Origin: Salisapilia sapeloensis CBS 127946
Lineage: Eukaryota; Protista; Oomycota
NCBI GenBank assembly: GCA_023334545.1
Contig: JAADVB010000063.1
Span: 16,618 to 80,617 of the forward strand
Direction of reading: 5' to 3'
DNA: 64,000 bases
Made by a program: the position numbers and the translations under genes. The notes under the pieces were generated by a model. That model was not told the DNA's origin, ran no database searches, and saw nothing but the letters and a program-made list of their open reading frames with translations. Positions 60,696-64,000 of this stretch are shown here, piece after piece (within the stretch, counting starts at the first letter, position 1; every line of letters starts with the position of its first letter).

Positions 60696-60865
60696 ACCTC
60701 TTGCTTGGTGCCAAATCCCAATTCGGAAGAAGAGGAGCGTTCTGTTCTTTAGTGCGATCGTGTCGTCTTGTAGGTTAGTCGCGTAGGATGAAGGGTCGTG
60801 GCGTACATCTCATAATCTCTCGGAGAGCTAGCTTGACACTTTGCTACTTGCCTCCAACATCCAAC

Positions 60866-61129
60866 ATGCATACCTACGCCCTTCTTACTGCTCTCTTCGT
60901 TGCTGCTCTTGCTGCTAACGTTGCCAATGCTGCTACTTTATCCGCTGGTCCGGTTACGAATACGAACAAGCCTACGGTTGGATCTGCTGTGGACTCCTCG
61001 ATGAGCTCTGGCGTGAATGTATCAGTCGAATTTATTGGATCTGGCGAGCAAGGATCCGACTCGGCCGTATCTGCCACAGCTTCAACTGCTATCACAATCT
61101 CTGCTATCGCCGCCGCTTACTTTATGTAA
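60866..61129 (+). CDS. 87-aa secreted Ser/Thr/Ala-rich protein with hydrophobic C-terminus (GPI-type)
   Basis: Signal MHTYALLTALFVAALAANVANA, short low-complexity mature part, tail GSDSAVSATASTAITISAIAAAYFM*. No Cys. Confidence 0.6.
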   Translation: MHTYALLTALFVAALAANVANAATLSAGPVTNTNKPTVGSAVDSSMSSGVNVSVEFIGSGEQGSDSAVSATASTAITISAIAAAYFM

Positions 61130-61815
61130 GAATAAATGTTGAAAAGATGTTTCGTGAATATAAGGAGAGAACTTCGCTTTTCATCAAGCTTTCAGTTTAT
61201 TTACTGCGTGCAACGTTAAAGAGTGGAGAGAGGTCTAAGATGCATTTCTTCAAGCACGTAAAGCTATCTCCTGTCAAACTTCAACGTACATGGCTTACAC
61301 GGATCTACTAGTCTGTCGATAGAAATAGAGACAGTGGGCGACATGTTACGGCGGTCATAAAGCTAAGTCTAATTCTGGGCTTTAACAACTTTGAAGGGTC
61401 TGTCTTCGACAGACTGCTTGCATAGATCCAAGCCACTGTGGACACTTGACGTGAAATGCCTGTTGCTGCGGTCGCTACTTTCTAACTTATACAGGGATTG
61501 TAGCAAGTTTGTACTTGGTAGCTGCACGCTTAAGAGTAGGACTGGATGTTGAGTAGAAGCTAAGATCAAGTAAAATTCATAATTTGTTAAAGGTTCTAGC
61601 TACTGGTCAAAAGTCCGAGCTGGATGTACATATCAGTCACGTTGGCTATACAGTGAAGTCTGCTGCATGCTTTACCAATTATGATCCTGTTATTTCTCCT
61701 CAAAGTATGCTTTTCACAGTAAGAATTGAAACACAAACTGCAACTGTAGCATAATGAAAGCTTGTTTCAATTTACCCCAATTTCGCTTAAACAAATGATA
61801 CGATTTTGTTCATCA

Positions 61816-63280
61816 TTACGCAAAAGCTGGATGGCGGATCCAGTCGCCCCTCTCGTCACATTCGTATTCTTTCTTAATGATAAGAAAGATACTTTTGTAA
61901 AGATCTTCTGCACCTCCGTCCCACCAGGTTCCGCACATGTGGTTACTTTGCACACGGTAGACGTACCACCTTCCTTCCTGAAGATGTGCTGATTTCATTG
62001 TATCTACATGATGGAAATCACCGAGAGAGATGTGGGAAGCTGACCTCGCTATCTCGCTTTCGTCCATTGAGAAAGTGGACGCAGACTTTAACACGCTGTC
62101 GTCGCTTTGATTTTTGTTGCTGTCTGCAGCATACATCACATCTTCCAATACTCTAGGCACCTCCTGTGGCTTTGGAAACCACGGCCGCGTCATCGACCTG
62201 ATATTCACGACGCCATCGTTGTGCTCCCATTCATCCGATTTAAAACCTAGCTGATACGTTAGCTCTTATTCAGTCTGACTATAACATGTAGTTACCATCA
62301 AAGGGAGAGGGTAATGATTGAACACAACGTCGCATAAGCCACATGAAACCATAAATGGACGGGACTTGCGCCAAATTCAACTTTCGCAACCTTTTGATCA
62401 AATATAGTGCGAGCAGTATTAACATCACGCCGCGCTGTTTCTTCCCATGAGGTAGCTTCAAGTAGCTTATGCCACCCATCGCAGCCAGCAGCAACGTTTC
62501 CATCGTTGGGAAGTGAGCATGTGTAGGTGAAGTCGCGATACTGAGGAGATAAAGTTTGTGCATATGCATCAATGTCTTGTTGCGTTCAACTCGATGCGCT
62601 GGGAGCGTATCAAACATTCCGAAATCCGAATTGGTTTTATGCGCCACGTCGGCTGCTAGTATATCTCTCAACTTCCAGTCGTCCCATTGATCCAATTTCA
62701 CGTCATATCCTTTGCGTAACCATGGGATAAGAGTATATAATCTTTGCCAGATCATACTAGAAGAATGGATTAAACAAGCTAAACTCAACGTGGGAACGTG
62801 CTTGCCATGTAACCCAATCGCATGAGAAAATGTCGTGCCTGCCAATGGGCCAGCGATACTGGTAATGCTACGTATCCAAGACGAGTCACTCCCGACGTTA
62901 AAATAGTCTCGAGATACAAGTTGGTAAAGCTCTATAGAAGTAGTAGCACCCATGCTGTGGGCAACGAGGTGCACGGGGTTGTCGCTATTCCAGTTGGAAT
63001 GTAGAGCATCGTGGGTTCGGCCGAACCGTCGATGATTACATTGCACAGAGTGCTCTTCGCCGTAGTCGACGGTCCCGCCGTAAAGCTGCCAAAAGACTTC
63101 GCAAGCTCGATCGTGATCAGACGAAATTGGACCGCAATTGACTATCACGTGATGATCATTGAGCCTTTTGACTACTTTTTCAGGAAAGTAAGGAGCGAAC
63201 ATTCCCCAAAGAGGGTACTCAGTTCCATAGCCGAAGCCACCATGCACTAGAACGACGAGATGCTTTGTTCGAGTCTCCAT
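61816..63280 (-). CDS. Alpha/beta-hydrolase lipase resembling bacterial family I.5/I.6 lipases; 2 exons (5' end uncertain)
   Basis: VVLVHGGFG, GPISSDHDRACEVFWQLYGGTVDYGEEHS..CNHRRFGRT, VHLVAHSMG, SITSIAGP, spliced WEHNDGVVNIRSM, NHMCG. Intron at about 62249-62297. Confidence 0.85.
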
Positions 63281-64000
63281 CCAGAGCTAGTGAGGGAGGT
63301 ATATCTTGATATGCTATTTAATCGTGGGCAAACGGGTGGAAAGTTTGGGAATGAACACGGATGAGATCCTTCCATATGTTGTCGTCTTGTTCCCCTCCAA
63401 GATCGGTCTCATCTCCCTGTCATTTCGGTCTTCAGAAGACTCGTTATTCCGTTAGTTTGTGATCATTTTAGCAAAAGTCCATGAAAAGAGTCGCTACGTC
63501 TCGAAAGATGCACTGTATAGTAGAGCAGCAAGCTAAATGGTTGGTACAAAGGTTTGCTAAGATCGGGCTCTGACCATTGTACGGTGGTCGGCCCAAACTA
63601 AATTTGTCGACGATGTTTATCAGGCCACCACTTCGATAGCGGCTTTATTCGTAAATATAGCAGTCGGGAAGTATTTAGCTGGAGAAGTGAGTTTGCATGA
63701 AAGGCGAAGAGTTGGGGATCTGCACAATTTACAAAAATTTGGGCGAGCGCAAAGGATAGCTACTAGCTGATCGACAGAGCTCTCCACGTGAACTGCAGTA
63801 GAAGATCGACGGTAAAGTTGACCTTGAAGATCCGGGTTTGAAAATAATCATACAGAATGGATAGATGCTTGTGTTTTCGACTCCATCCATTATGGTACCA
63901 TTGTTTATTGATGGTGGTTCCCATAAAGCTACTCGGCCGAGTTGTACCCATGACATAAGTGAATCTTGTCACATAATTATATCACATCATCCAGCTGTCC

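Noticed and set aside
63729-64000. Short minus-strand ORFs at the window end
   Set aside because: They are only 69-75 aa with no motif and cannot be assigned without downstream sequence.
1-64000. CRISPR arrays, operons, rRNA/tRNA genes, intact transposons, telomeric or long tandem repeats
   Set aside because: None seen: no regularly spaced repeats, no transposase/RT/integrase motifs and no cloverleaf or rRNA signatures recognised by eye. A tRNAscan/Infernal/RepeatMasker run would be needed to exclude small elements.

Overview
Gene-dense eukaryotic DNA, most consistent with an oomycete (Peronosporales/Pythiales-like). This rests on short GT-AG introns of about 50-75 nt, a match to the oomycete Inr+FPR core promoter, elicitin-like genes, atypical bZIPs and WRKY19-like Cys/His repeat proteins. 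I can reconstruct about 27 protein-coding genes. Housekeeping genes: PMCA-type Ca2+-ATPase, flavin fumarate reductase, CEP57-like, delta-COP, Pin1, NOC4, HSD17B10-like SDR, KICS2/C12orf66, MAEA/Gid9, CCDC47, cytosolic LeuRS, CFAP57, eIF2-gamma. Lineage-specific or accessory genes: three bZIPs lacking the invariant Asn and carrying a shared START-like C-terminal domain (two form a head-to-head paralog pair), a membrane-anchored M14 carboxypeptidase, a 12-13-repeat CCCH protein, an ankyrin protein, a GPI-type elicitin-like protein, a miniature GPI-type protein and a bacterial-type (family I.5/I.6-like) lipase. Two gene-poor, AT-richer pockets (about 11.7-13.9 kb and 46.5-51 kb) contain decayed ORFs, including a two-domain elicitin-like gene broken by a single in-frame TGA. 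I found no rRNA, tRNA, CRISPR array or recognisable intact transposon. All gene models were made by eye; family assignments come from motif recognition, not database searches.
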